Below, piece after piece: positions 9,132-19,296 of a stretch of DNA of 64,000 nt. The notes beneath the pieces were generated by a model, which ran no database searches, was not told the origin of the DNA, and saw only the letters and a program-made list of their open reading frames with translations. Each line of letters begins with the position of its first letter. The stretch's first letter is position 1. The stretch covers positions 317,159 to 381,158 of the forward strand of contig LFCK01000001.1 of assembly GCA_001189095.1 (NCBI GenBank), written 5' to 3'. The position numbers were made by a program, and so were the translations under genes. The DNA is from Parcubacteria bacterium C7867-001 (lineage in GTDB: Bacteria > Patescibacteriota > Minisyncoccia > Phycocordibacterales > Phycocordibacteraceae).

Positions 9132-10068
9132 CTCCTTTCGAACTCTAATGGAAAGCGAGACCCGCAAGCTCTGGATGCGGCGGGCTGGCATCGCACTCTT
9201 TGCGCTTTCGGGCGTTCTTCTGCTCGTCATGACCGTCGCAAATTTCTCCGGTCCGCACAAAACTCCCGTACAAGCAATTGTTCCTGAAGAAAAAACCTAC
9301 CCTGACACCTACACGGACGTGACGCTCTCAGCGCACGCTGCAGTTGTCTACGACCTAACGACCGGCGAAGTACTCTATTCAAAGAATGAAGTGGCACAGC
9401 TCCCGCTTGCCTCGCTCACCAAACTGCTCACAGTGTACGCCGCAGCAGACACCATGCTTCCTTCGGCGGAAGTTTCGATAAGCAAGGACGCCCTCGCCGC
9501 AGAAGGTGACAACGGCCTAACGGAGGGGGAGCGCTTCACCTTCGATGAACTCGCGCGCTTTGCACTCGTTGTCTCTTCGAACGACGCTGCGCAAGCAATC
9601 GCCGAGGCCTCGATGGCTCGCCGCTCAGTCTCACCAAACGCACTTCTCGCAAGCGCCGCGGAAGCCGCAGGACTTTCAGAAACGTATGCGCTCAACGGCA
9701 CCGGACTCGATGTGAATACAAATACCGCTGGCGCCTACGGCTCAGCAAAAGATGTCGCGCTCCTTGCCGGCAAGCTCCTTGAGAAAGCGCCACGCATCGC
9801 GCACGCGACTATCGAACCATCGATAAGCATCATCGACGCAAGCGGGAAGAAACTTGTTGCAAAGAATACAAATCCCGACGTGTCGCAGATCCCCGGCCTC
9901 CTGCTTTCAAAAACTGGCTACACGGACCTTGCAGGCGGCAACCTCGTCATTGTTTTTGATGCAGGAATCAATCATCCAATAGCGATTGCCGTCCTCGGCT
10001 CCACCCGCGACGCACGCTTCACGGACGTAGAGGCGCTTCTCAAGGCCACCCTTGAACGATTCATATGA
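9121..10068 (+). CDS. D-alanyl-D-alanine carboxypeptidase (serine-type, S11/PBP5-like)
   Basis: SxxK active-site motif (ASLTKLLT), N-terminal TM, 315 aa. Confidence 0.75.
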   Translation: MMDNSFRTLMESETRKLWMRRAGIALFALSGVLLLVMTVANFSGPHKTPVQAIVPEEKTYPDTYTDVTLSAHAAVVYDLTTGEVLYSKNEVAQLPLASLTKLLTVYAAADTMLPSAEVSISKDALAAEGDNGLTEGERFTFDELARFALVVSSNDAAQAIAEASMARRSVSPNALLASAAEAAGLSETYALNGTGLDVNTNTAGAYGSAKDVALLAGKLLEKAPRIAHATIEPSISIIDASGKKLVAKNTNPDVSQIPGLLLSKTGYTDLAGGNLVIVFDAGINHPIAIAVLGSTRDARFTDVEALLKATLERFI

Positions 10069-11126
10069 TTTTCGATGCCGCTCGAGTCCTGATTCCATTC
10101 GTCCTTGCGTTCTGCATCGGCATCGCGCTTGCGCCGATGCTCGCGCACTATCTCTACACCTTCAAAGCGTGGAAGAAAAAAGGAGGGAAGGGGAAGGGCA
10201 TGGGCGACGACAACGGTACGCCTATTTTCGACTCGCTCCATAAAGAACGGGAAGTGAGCACGCCGCGTATGGGCGGCATCCTCGTGTGGACGGCAACACT
10301 CGTCACCGCACTCGGTTTGATGTTGCTCGGCGCTTTGTTCCCAACCCTGTTCGGTGTCCTCGATTTCGTGAACAGAAGCCAGACGTGGCTCCCACTTACG
10401 GCACTCATCGTGGGCGCGGCAGTGGGTCTCGTGGATGACATTCTCGAAGTCTCGCGCAGCAACGGAGGACTCTCGCTTCCGTGGCGCCTCGGCGCTGTCG
10501 CGCTCTTCGGCGCCTTTGCTGGTTGGTGGTTCTACGCGAAGCTCGGAGTCTCCTCAATAGGCATTCCGTTCTTTGGAGCGCTTCCGCTCGGTCCGTTTTT
10601 CATTGCGTTCTTCGTACTCGTGGTCATCGCCATCTACGCAAGCGGCGTCATCGACGGCATCGACGGCCTTGCCGGCGGCATCTTCGCCATCATTTTCATG
10701 GCATACGCAGGCATCGCCTTTGCGCAAAGCCAACTCGCACTCGCGGCGTTTGCTGCGGCGCTTTCCGGCGGCACCTTTGCATTCCTCTGGTTCAACGTCC
10801 CGCCAGCACGCTTCTATCTTTCAGAAACCGGCAGCATGGCGCTCACGCTCGCACTCGCCGTGGTCGCATTCTCCGCAGATACGCTCGGCGACGGCGTTGG
10901 CGTTTCGGTCCTTCCCATCATCGCGCTGCCGCTTACGGTGACCGTCGCGACAAACCTGCTTCAGGTCTTTTGGAAGAAAGTATTTAAAAAGAAGCTCTTC
11001 AAAGTTGCTCCCATTCATCATCACTTTGAGGCCATCGGCTGGCCGCCCTACAAGGTGACCATGCGCTACTGGATTATCACCATCATCGCAGGCGTCTTCG
11101 GCATCGCAATCGCGCTTCTTAAATAA
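10065..11126 (+). CDS. mraY: phospho-N-acetylmuramoyl-pentapeptide transferase
   Basis: Multi-TM; HKEREVSTPRMGG and HHHFE motifs; 353 aa. Confidence 0.9.
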   Translation: MIFDAARVLIPFVLAFCIGIALAPMLAHYLYTFKAWKKKGGKGKGMGDDNGTPIFDSLHKEREVSTPRMGGILVWTATLVTALGLMLLGALFPTLFGVLDFVNRSQTWLPLTALIVGAAVGLVDDILEVSRSNGGLSLPWRLGAVALFGAFAGWWFYAKLGVSSIGIPFFGALPLGPFFIAFFVLVVIAIYASGVIDGIDGLAGGIFAIIFMAYAGIAFAQSQLALAAFAAALSGGTFAFLWFNVPPARFYLSETGSMALTLALAVVAFSADTLGDGVGVSVLPIIALPLTVTVATNLLQVFWKKVFKKKLFKVAPIHHHFEAIGWPPYKVTMRYWIITIIAGVFGIAIALLK

Positions 11127-11237
11127 GAGAGTTGACGCCCTGTAGATAGGGGTGTATCTTTCTTCTTAGTTAGTGTAACGTATACACTAGGTTCAGTTCT
11201 TTGAAACTGCACATACAACCGAAGAAAGGAAGTACTG

Positions 11238-12095
11238 ATGATTACCCTCATCCAACTCTTCAACAGCGCCGGTGCAGCCGGCCATGTGTTCCTTCTCAAG
11301 AAGGGCGTCGTGAAAGACCGCGGGCTCGCGTACAGCGGGTTCATCGGCTTCGACACGACCGTCGCCGTCGTACCGACCACGCCGCAAATCCTCAACTTCG
11401 CCATTGTGGCGCAGACCAAGGACAAGCAGCGGGTTACGGTCACTGGCAACATCACCGCCTCGCTCGTGCCGAGCGTCGCCGTGAAGAACTATGACTTCAC
11501 GGTCGACGTGCGGAACGGCGGCTACGAAGGCGAGTGGGAGAAGATCCTGCAAGCCCAAGTGGTCGAACGTGCGGTGCGCGCCGTGCACCAAAAGGTGCGT
11601 GAGCTCATCGTCGAAGAAGCTGCGCGCTCGCAGAAGGAAGTCGAAGACGCCATCATGGCGGAACTGGGCAGCGGCGTGTTCTCTCCGAACGGCGTCGTTA
11701 TCATCTCCTGCTCGATTCCGCGTATCGATCCCGACAACGAGGTCGCGAACGCCATCGGCGCGCAGGAGCGGCAACTGCTGCTTACCTCCGCCGACACGGC
11801 GCTCCACGACCGCCGCCTCAAAGCGGCAGGGAATGAGCGTACCGTCCGCGAGTTCGAGGCCGCAACGGCGCTCAAACTCGAGGTCGACCGTGCGAAGCTC
11901 ATCGAACAGGAAGGCACGAACAAGGCTGCTGAAGCCCAGTCCGATGCGAAAGCGACCGAGCTTCGGCTCGCGCCGCTCAAGGACATCGACGCGGGCAAGC
12001 TGCTCGGCGCCGCGCTCATCGAAGGCCTCAAGGAAGATCGTGTTGGAACAATCGTGTTCGGACCGGAACTCCTTGGCGCCCTCGGCCAGAAGTAG
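11238..12095 (+). CDS. SPFH/band-7 (stomatin/flotillin-like) domain protein without an N-terminal TM
   Basis: Core ...GVVIISCSIPRIDPDNEVANAIGAQERQLL... followed by a coiled-coil tail; RBS gaaaggaag before the ATG; the 350-aa antisense ORF 11193..12245 is R-rich noise. Confidence 0.5.
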   Translation: MITLIQLFNSAGAAGHVFLLKKGVVKDRGLAYSGFIGFDTTVAVVPTTPQILNFAIVAQTKDKQRVTVTGNITASLVPSVAVKNYDFTVDVRNGGYEGEWEKILQAQVVERAVRAVHQKVRELIVEEAARSQKEVEDAIMAELGSGVFSPNGVVIISCSIPRIDPDNEVANAIGAQERQLLLTSADTALHDRRLKAAGNERTVREFEAATALKLEVDRAKLIEQEGTNKAAEAQSDAKATELRLAPLKDIDAGKLLGAALIEGLKEDRVGTIVFGPELLGALGQK

Positions 12096-12104
12096 GAGGC
12101 CGCA

Positions 12105-13016
12105 ATGGACCGAGTCGTACTCGTTACGAAAGCGACACGGCTCGAAGAACTGATCGTGCAGCACCTCACGCATGGTGCTGCACGATTCAGCCTCGAGTCG
12201 CAAGGGCAGTCCATCGAGCCGTACGTGGCGGAAGACGCTGCGCATCGCTCAGCGATCGCTCACATTCGCAAGCAGATTCCAAACGATGTGCTGACGACTT
12301 CCGTCACACGCGAGAATCTCCCGAACTTCCTCTTCCGCGACAATGACCTCGTCATCGTCTGCGGTCCGGACGGACTTTTCGCGAATGTCGCGAAGTATCT
12401 CACCGACCAGCCCGTGCTTACGGTCAACCCTGACCCGAACACGGTGGCGGGCGTGCTGATGCTCTTCCATCCAAAAATGGTGGGGGAAATCATCGCAAAA
12501 GTCCGCGAAGGGAAGCACTGCGTCGAACGACTTCCGTTCGTTAAGGCAGCATTCGACGACGGACGGACGCTCTGGGGCATCAACGACATCTTCATTGGTC
12601 GTAAAGATCAAGTGTCGGCTCGCTATCGCGTCACCTATGGCTCGCAAGAGGAAAACCAATCCTCGAGCGGCATCATCGTCTCAACCGGCGTTGGTTCGAC
12701 GGGATGGATACGTTCGATACAAGCGATGGTCGCAGGTCTCAATCGCGACGGGGGAGGCAGCAAGATTTTGCCTCCAAGCCCTGCGAGCAACCGGCTGCTC
12801 TTCGTCGTTCGGGAACCTTTCCCGTCGCCGACGACCGGCACGAGCATCGTTACAGGTGCCGTACTACCAAACGCACCGCTCCTTGTAACCTCTCAGATGC
12901 CAGAAGGAGGATTTCTGTTCTCCGATGGCATCATCGAGCGCGCAGAGGAGTGGGGCGCCGGCAGCACCGTTACGGTGAGCGTCGGCGACCGGTTCGTATC
13001 GCGCATCATTTCCTGA
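12105..13016 (+). CDS. divergent NAD(+) kinase-family protein (GGDG replaced by GPDG)
   Basis: DLVIVCGPDGLF, INDIFIGRK, SGIIVSTGVGSTGW align to NAD kinase NE/DD, GGDG and DGLIVSTPTGSTAYS motifs; ~90-aa C-terminal extension; 9-bp gap from the SPFH gene. Confidence 0.6.
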   Translation: MDRVVLVTKATRLEELIVQHLTHGAARFSLESQGQSIEPYVAEDAAHRSAIAHIRKQIPNDVLTTSVTRENLPNFLFRDNDLVIVCGPDGLFANVAKYLTDQPVLTVNPDPNTVAGVLMLFHPKMVGEIIAKVREGKHCVERLPFVKAAFDDGRTLWGINDIFIGRKDQVSARYRVTYGSQEENQSSSGIIVSTGVGSTGWIRSIQAMVAGLNRDGGGSKILPPSPASNRLLFVVREPFPSPTTGTSIVTGAVLPNAPLLVTSQMPEGGFLFSDGIIERAEEWGAGSTVTVSVGDRFVSRIIS

Positions 13017-13080
13017 CACAGGGGGCCTTTGGCCCCCTGTTTTCTTTTTGCGAAGACGCGGTGCGCTATAGTAGAAAGAT

Positions 13081-14190
13081 ATGCGTCGTTCTTCTCTTTC
13101 GGGTGACCGTCTATTCGCGCTCATCGTCGGCATCCTCGTCTTCGGCGGTATCGCGATGTTCCTCTCGGCATCGCTCGGACTTCTCGCGCGCGTGAACGGC
13201 TCGCCATGGCATATCGCACTCACGCAGCTCGCACTCGGACTCATTCCGGGACTGATAGCACTCGCGACCATTCGATTCATGCCGCCAGTATGGGTCCAGC
13301 GTCTCGTTCTTCCATTTTTTATAGCGTCGCTTTTGCTCACGCTCGCCGTTTTCATTCCGGGAGTAAGTCATACGGCAAACGGCGCTACGCGCTGGATCGA
13401 TCTTGGCTTCGTAACCGTCCAACCAGCGGAATTCCTTAAAGTCGGCACCATTCTCATGCTTTCTGCGTATCTCGCGAGTATGAAAGGGAAGCTCAAAGAT
13501 CCCCGCTACGGGCTCCTTGGCTTTGGGGTCATTGTTGGCATCCCCGCACTCCTCCTTTTGCTCCAACCAAACACTTCGACCGTCCTTATCATTGGAGCGA
13601 CATCGGTGGCGCTTTACTTCATCGCCGGTGCGCCTCTGCGCGACTTCGCCATCATCTTCCTCATAGCCATAGTCGGATTAAGCGCTCTCGTCGCGGCGCG
13701 ACCGTACCTCATGCAGCGCGTCCAGACATTTATTAATCCTTCCGAGAATGCACTGACCTCGGGATACCAGATTCAGCAATCACTCATCGCCATCGGTTCC
13801 GGAGGATTCATCGGGCGCGGGTTCGGGCAGAGCGCACAAAAATTCAACTATCTTCCAGAGCCGGTGGGGGATTCGGTGTTTGCCGTCTTAGGAGAAGAGT
13901 TTGGTCTCGTTGGCACCATATTCATCGTGCTTCTCTTTACGGCATTTGCCGCGCGAGGCCTCATGATAGCGAGTGAGTCCGCGAGTGCCTTTGGTTCGTT
14001 AGCGGCTACTGGTCTCACCCTCATCATCACCCTTTCAGCATTCCTCAACATCGGCGCCATGCTCGGCGTCCTGCCGCTCACGGGCCTTCCGCTTCCATTT
14101 GTTTCTCACGGCGGAACGGCGCTTCTCGTCGCCCTTGCATCAGTTGGTCTCATCTTGAACATCGCCGCCCATCGAACCAAGAGAGCCTAA
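13081..14190 (+). CDS. ftsW: SEDS family peptidoglycan glycosyltransferase FtsW/RodA
   Basis: Multi-TM; QPAEFLKV motif; sits between mraY and murG. Confidence 0.85.
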   Translation: MRRSSLSGDRLFALIVGILVFGGIAMFLSASLGLLARVNGSPWHIALTQLALGLIPGLIALATIRFMPPVWVQRLVLPFFIASLLLTLAVFIPGVSHTANGATRWIDLGFVTVQPAEFLKVGTILMLSAYLASMKGKLKDPRYGLLGFGVIVGIPALLLLLQPNTSTVLIIGATSVALYFIAGAPLRDFAIIFLIAIVGLSALVAARPYLMQRVQTFINPSENALTSGYQIQQSLIAIGSGGFIGRGFGQSAQKFNYLPEPVGDSVFAVLGEEFGLVGTIFIVLLFTAFAARGLMIASESASAFGSLAATGLTLIITLSAFLNIGAMLGVLPLTGLPLPFVSHGGTALLVALASVGLILNIAAHRTKRA

Positions 14191-14218
14191 TCGTGTTATA
14201 ATATCGAGCATCTAGGCT

Positions 14219-15358
14219 ATGAAAATCGTACTTGCGGGAAGCGGCACAGGCGGACATTTCTATCCGCTTATCGCCATAGCTGAGGCCGTCCACGACCTCG
14301 CGCGCGAGCAGCGTCTCATTGCGCCGCAGCTCATCCATATGGCGCCGAAAGCTTTTGACGAAGAGGCACTTTTTGAGAACCAAATCTCCTTCGTCTCGAT
14401 TCCGGCAGGGAAGATGCGCCGATATTTTTCGCTCCAGAACGTTTCGGACCTCTTTGTCACCTTCATCGGATTCCTTATGGCGCTGGTGAATCTTTTGCGT
14501 CTCTATCCGGACGTCGTCGTGAGCAAGGGCGGCTACACGAGCGTGCCCGTCGTTGCTGCCGCACATCTCCTTGGCATTCCCGTCATCATCCACGAGTCGG
14601 ATGTGAAAGCTGGCCGCGCAAATCTTTTCGCTGCGCCATTCGCGCAGCGTATCGCCATAACCTTCGATGAGACCGCGAGTTCCTTTCCCGCAAAGCTTCG
14701 CTCGCGCATCGCACGCACCGGCATCCCTATTCGTAAAGCGATAGCGCACCCAGAAACGGAAGGTGCTCGCGAAGAGCTCGGGCTTGATACATCCGTGCCG
14801 ACCGTCCTTATCCTCGGCGGCTCCTCAGGCGCTAAACGCATCAACGACATGATCGTCGAGACACTTCCTGAGCTCACGCAAGTTGCCAACATCATCCATC
14901 AGACCGGCAAGGATAACTTTGCCGAAGTTGGAACCATGTCGAAGCTCACGCTTGAAAAGAGCACCTCTCCTTCGCGGTACTACCCATTTCCATTCCTCAA
15001 CACACTCTCGATGCGCCGTTCCGCTGGCGCTGCGGACCTCGTTATCTCCCGCGCAGGAACCACCACCATCGCCGAAATCGCGCTCTGGAGGAAACCATCC
15101 ATCATCATCCCCATTCCGGAAACCATAAGTCACGACCAACGAACGAACGCGTACGCCTATGCCCACACTGGCGCTGCTATCGTACTCGAGGAAGGGAATC
15201 TCACCCCGCACCTCTTCGTATCTGAAGTGAAGCGTCTTCTCGGCGATCGCGCGCTCCTTGCCTCAATGGCAGACAAGAGCGCCTCCTTCGGTGGAGCTGA
15301 CGCCGCGCGCATCATCGCTCAAGAAGCACTCACCATCTGTCTTTCGCATGAAAAATAA
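14219..15358 (+). CDS. murG: UDP-GlcNAc:lipid I N-acetylglucosaminyltransferase
   Basis: N-terminal GSGTGGHFYP motif; 379 aa. Confidence 0.9.
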   Translation: MKIVLAGSGTGGHFYPLIAIAEAVHDLAREQRLIAPQLIHMAPKAFDEEALFENQISFVSIPAGKMRRYFSLQNVSDLFVTFIGFLMALVNLLRLYPDVVVSKGGYTSVPVVAAAHLLGIPVIIHESDVKAGRANLFAAPFAQRIAITFDETASSFPAKLRSRIARTGIPIRKAIAHPETEGAREELGLDTSVPTVLILGGSSGAKRINDMIVETLPELTQVANIIHQTGKDNFAEVGTMSKLTLEKSTSPSRYYPFPFLNTLSMRRSAGAADLVISRAGTTTIAEIALWRKPSIIIPIPETISHDQRTNAYAYAHTGAAIVLEEGNLTPHLFVSEVKRLLGDRALLASMADKSASFGGADAARIIAQEALTICLSHEK

Positions 15359-16661
15359 CGTCGTCACTCGCATACCGCCATCTCCGACGGGCCACCTTCA
15401 TATCGGCACGGCGCGCACGGCGCTTTTCAACTATCTCTATGCACGCCATCACGGCGGACAGTTCATCGTGCGCAGTGAAGATACCGACCGTGCACGAAGC
15501 AAAGACGAGTTCGAGAAAGAGATCCGCGAAGGGCTCGAATGGCTCGGCATAACCAACGACGGCTACACGCGCCAGAGCGAGAACCTCGAACGCCATAAGG
15601 AAGTCTTGCAGAAGCTCGTGAAGGAAGACAAGGCGTACATCTCGAAGGAGCCGAAGAAAGATTCGCCGGAAGAAACGGTCGAGGTCGTTCGTTTGCGCAA
15701 TGAGGGAAGAAGCATCACGTTCATGGATGAAATCCGTGGCAACGTGACTTTCGATACGACCGAGCTCGGAGACTTTGTTATTGCACGCGCCATCGACGAT
15801 CCGCTTTATCATCTTGCGGTAGTTGTGGATGACTTCGATGCAGGCGTAACCCATGTCATTCGCGGCGAGGACCACATCTCGAACACGCCGCGCCAAATCC
15901 TCATTCAGGAAGCCATCGGTGCGCCGAGACCTTTTTACGCGCACCTTCCACTCATCCTCGCGCCGGACCGCTCGAAATTAAGTAAGCGTCATGGCGCCGT
16001 TGGTGTGTATGAGTATCGCGATGCTGGCTATATGCCGGAAGCCATCGTGAACTTCCTCGCACTCCTTGGCTGGAGTCCGAAAAGCGACCGCGAGGACTTC
16101 TCGCTCGAAGAACTCGTTGAAGCGTTCGACCTTTCACACGTCCACAAACATGGCGCTATATTCGATACGGACAAATTCAAATCCGTGAATCAACGCTGGA
16201 TGCGTAAGCTTTCTTCTGAAGAATTTATCGCTCGGGGAAATCTCTCTGCACCAAATGCGGAACTGCTCATGGCGGCCGTGCCACTCCTCCAAGAGCGCGC
16301 GCAGACCTTCGGTGAAGCCCGCGAGATGCTCGAAGGGGAGTTGTCCTTCCTCTTTGGGGAACCCGTTCTCGATACCGCTGTACTCACTCAAAAGGAAGGG
16401 GAGGGGGGCGCCACCGCTCGTTATCTCACCGAGATCATTGCGATGCTTCATGAATTTCCGAAAGAAGTGACCGCCGAATCCGTCAAAGAGAAGGTGATGC
16501 TCTACGCTGACAAGGAGGGGAGAGGAGCCGTCCTGTGGCCGCTACGCTATGCCCTCACTGGCAAGGAGCGCTCCCCTGACCCTTTCACCGTAATCTCGCT
16601 GCTTAGCCCCTCTACAGCCGCTTCACGGCTCGAAGCCGCGCTTGCTATACTCAAGGAATGA
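15348..16661 (+). CDS. gltX: glutamyl-tRNA synthetase
   Basis: RIPPSPTGHLHIGTARTALFN and KLSKRHG motifs; start moved to the ATG at 15348, which overlaps the murG stop. Confidence 0.9.
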   Translation: MKNNVVTRIPPSPTGHLHIGTARTALFNYLYARHHGGQFIVRSEDTDRARSKDEFEKEIREGLEWLGITNDGYTRQSENLERHKEVLQKLVKEDKAYISKEPKKDSPEETVEVVRLRNEGRSITFMDEIRGNVTFDTTELGDFVIARAIDDPLYHLAVVVDDFDAGVTHVIRGEDHISNTPRQILIQEAIGAPRPFYAHLPLILAPDRSKLSKRHGAVGVYEYRDAGYMPEAIVNFLALLGWSPKSDREDFSLEELVEAFDLSHVHKHGAIFDTDKFKSVNQRWMRKLSSEEFIARGNLSAPNAELLMAAVPLLQERAQTFGEAREMLEGELSFLFGEPVLDTAVLTQKEGEGGATARYLTEIIAMLHEFPKEVTAESVKEKVMLYADKEGRGAVLWPLRYALTGKERSPDPFTVISLLSPSTAASRLEAALAILKE

Positions 16662-18019
16662 CGTGCGTACGCTCTTTCAGCTTTGGCTTTCTCCTCGCTC
16701 TTCTCGTCGTTTTTTGCGCTACCGTTCTCCTTCCCGCGCATCCCGCCTACGCTGACACCGTCAGCGAGCTTCAGGCGCAGATAGCCGAACATAACAAGCA
16801 GATTCAGGCGATACAGGCTGATATCGCTGCGTATCAAAAGCAGCTCGATACGCTCGGTTCTCAAAAACAAACGCTCCAGTCCACGATCAAAACCATCGAC
16901 GTCTCGCGCTCGCAGACCGCGGCGCAGATATCCGCGACCAAAAAGAAAATAAATGCCTCTAACATCAAACTGCGTGAACTCGCACTTGAGATAGATGCGA
17001 AGCAACAGGAAATAAACGTTGACCAAGAAACACTCGCGCGCTCCATACGCGAAATAGCGCACACGGAAGAAAACACCATGGTCGAGGAGCTCTTCGGCGC
17101 CGAAAGTCTCGGCGATGCATGGGTCGCCGTCGACCGACAGACCGCACTTAATGGCGCGTTGCGCGAGCACGCCGCGCTTCTTGCAAGCGCAAAAATCCAG
17201 CTCTCGACGCAGCACACGAGCGTCAGTAGCACGAAGACGGACCTCACAAGCCTCAACTCGAACCTCACGACCCAGAAACAGGCGCTTGATGCTAATCGAC
17301 AAGCAAAAGATGCGCTCCTCACGCAAACGAAGAGCAAGGAAAGCGAATACCAGTCGCTCATCGCCAAAAAGAAAGCTCAGGCTAAAGTCTTCGAAGACCA
17401 ACTCTCCCAGCTTCAGAGCCAGCTCACCTCGGTCAACTCTTCGAGTATTCCGAAAACGGGTTCCGGCATTCTCGCGTGGCCCTTCGCTTCTTCGCTCATG
17501 CAAAGCTGCGCGTCGCGCAACAGCATCTTCGGCAACGCGTTCTGTGTGACGCAATATTTTGGTAACACTGCGTTTGCTGCAGCCGGCGCCTACAAAGGCG
17601 CTGGACATAACGGCATCGATGTTGGTATTCCGGTCGGGACCCCAATTCAGGCTTCGCTCTCGGGAACCATAATGGGCACCGGCAATACTGATCTTGTCTC
17701 TGGCTGCTACTCATTCGGCAAATGGGTCGCCATAAAACACGCCAACGGCCTTGCGACCGTCTACGCCCATCTTTCCTCGATTAAAGTCTCAACCGGACAG
17801 ACCGTGAGCACCGGTGACGTCATTGGGTTCTCCGGCATGACTGGTTACGCAACCGGCCCACACCTCCACTACGGCGTATACGCCGTCGGTACTCCCGAGG
17901 CGCCGGGTATTCAAATAATGACCCTGAGCAGCTTTAAGGGCACTCGCACCGCCTGCGCAAACGCAACCATGCCCGTCGCACCGACCAACGCCTACCTCAA
18001 CCCGATCTCGTATCTCTAG
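16658..18019 (+). CDS. M23 family peptidase (LytM/EnvC-like) with N-terminal coiled coil
   Basis: Signal/TM, long coiled coil, C-terminal HNGIDVG...TGPHLHY M23 motifs. Confidence 0.85.
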   Translation: MTCVRSFSFGFLLALLVVFCATVLLPAHPAYADTVSELQAQIAEHNKQIQAIQADIAAYQKQLDTLGSQKQTLQSTIKTIDVSRSQTAAQISATKKKINASNIKLRELALEIDAKQQEINVDQETLARSIREIAHTEENTMVEELFGAESLGDAWVAVDRQTALNGALREHAALLASAKIQLSTQHTSVSSTKTDLTSLNSNLTTQKQALDANRQAKDALLTQTKSKESEYQSLIAKKKAQAKVFEDQLSQLQSQLTSVNSSSIPKTGSGILAWPFASSLMQSCASRNSIFGNAFCVTQYFGNTAFAAAGAYKGAGHNGIDVGIPVGTPIQASLSGTIMGTGNTDLVSGCYSFGKWVAIKHANGLATVYAHLSSIKVSTGQTVSTGDVIGFSGMTGYATGPHLHYGVYAVGTPEAPGIQIMTLSSFKGTRTACANATMPVAPTNAYLNPISYL

Positions 18020-18049
18020 CCGCCACAGAGATTCTGTGGCATTGTTTTT
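18020..18049 (+). terminator. rho-independent terminator
   Basis: gccacagag-att-ctgtggc followed by attgttttt. Confidence 0.6.
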
Positions 18050-18070
18050 GCAGAAAACCAGAGGAGGCTT

Positions 18071-18544
18071 TTGATGAACCAAGCAGACGAAATGCTCGTA
18101 CGACTCGAGCAGGCGTTTCCGGAGGCAATCGTGACAATCGACGAACCGGACAATCCGGACGGCGATCACTTCATCGATGTGAAGCTAAAAGGAAAGCTTC
18201 ACACGTTTGAATGGTCGAACAAGCGCGGTTTCGGTTTTTGGAATCCCATACCGGAACCGGTCTATGGCCAAGAGCCAGCATTCTTTATCAAGGACCCTGA
18301 CGCAGCGTTTGAAAAAATGAAGCTCTATGTCGAAGCTTCTGATTCACTGACTCCTGAACGATTCGAGATCCTGCAGATCGGGATTGGGTGGATTGCTGGA
18401 GAAAAGGTCGCGAGAGACGCCGACATGAAAGGCACCGTCGAAATCTCGATTGAGGACGACGTCCTCAATTTCAGGGAAAAAGGACCGCCTCCATGGACGC
18501 TTTCATTCACGCCGCAGTTCTGGCGAATGAAGGTTCCGAACTGA
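18071..18544 (+). CDS. hypothetical protein
   Basis: Strong RBS (gaggagg) before the ATG; 157 aa; no recognisable motif. Confidence 0.55.
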   Translation: MMNQADEMLVRLEQAFPEAIVTIDEPDNPDGDHFIDVKLKGKLHTFEWSNKRGFGFWNPIPEPVYGQEPAFFIKDPDAAFEKMKLYVEASDSLTPERFEILQIGIGWIAGEKVARDADMKGTVEISIEDDVLNFREKGPPPWTLSFTPQFWRMKVPN

Positions 18545-18583
18545 ACAAACACATCCGATTGCTATCGCAATCGGATGTTCTTT

Positions 18584-19237
18584 TTACATATCACGTGTCT
18601 TCCAAAGAATTCTCGATGCGAGCGTACGGTGCGGCGACCAACGCTCCGCTATTTTTTCATACACATGTAATGCTGAGTTTGGCTTGATACCGTACAAGGT
18701 TTCCATCGCGCGAATGAGGCCTAAGTCGCGTGCGGAAAAAATATCCGGATGCTCAAGCGCAAACATGAGGAACATCTCCGTGGTCCACGGACCAATGCCC
18801 CAAACCTGCGTAAGAATTTCCGTCGCCTCTTCTTTTGTTTTGGTGCGAAGGGAAGTGAGCTTCAGTTCCCGCTTCATCGCCTTTGCAAGCTCTTTCAGCG
18901 TTTTTGCTTTTGCTGCGGAGAGTCCTGCCTTTCGCATTTGAAGAAGCGAAGTCTTTTGAACGGTGTCCGGCGTCACGCGTCCACCGCAGGCCTTCTTCAA
19001 TCGTTCCCAAATGGTGTCCGCTGCTTTTACGGAAAGCTGCTGGCTCACGACCGACTCGCACAGCGTAGAAAATAGCCTTATTTCTCCACGTATCTCGTCT
19101 CGGCGAGCTAGAAGAGAGGGAAGTACCTTCTTCCCTGCGGCATGCAAAATCGGATCTGCCTTCTTGAAATGCTTGAAAGCCTCTTCGTGCACAGGCTTTG
19201 TTTTTGGCTTTGTCGCTCGCTTCGTCATACAAGCCAC
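18584..19237 (-). CDS. HhH-GPD superfamily DNA glycosylase (3-methyladenine DNA glycosylase II, AlkA-like)
   Basis: WGIGPWTTEMFLMFALEHPDIFSARDLGL hallmark HhH-GPD motif. Confidence 0.8.
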   Translation of the reverse strand: MACMTKRATKPKTKPVHEEAFKHFKKADPILHAAGKKVLPSLLARRDEIRGEIRLFSTLCESVVSQQLSVKAADTIWERLKKACGGRVTPDTVQKTSLLQMRKAGLSAAKAKTLKELAKAMKRELKLTSLRTKTKEEATEILTQVWGIGPWTTEMFLMFALEHPDIFSARDLGLIRAMETLYGIKPNSALHVYEKIAERWSPHRTLASRILWKTRDM

Positions 19238-19296
19238 TCTACCTCACGTTTATACCCATCCGAAAGCCCTAAATTAGCCCGTAGCGCCGTATACTT

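Noticed and set aside
11193-12245. 350-aa minus-strand ORF overlapping the SPFH gene; similar long antisense ORFs at 20267..21085, 61789..62727, 5466..6554, 34825..36012 and 1460..2236
   Set aside because: They are Arg/His/Cys-rich with low-complexity composition and sit exactly antisense to well-supported genes. This is typical of spurious ORFs on the non-coding strand of GC-rich DNA.
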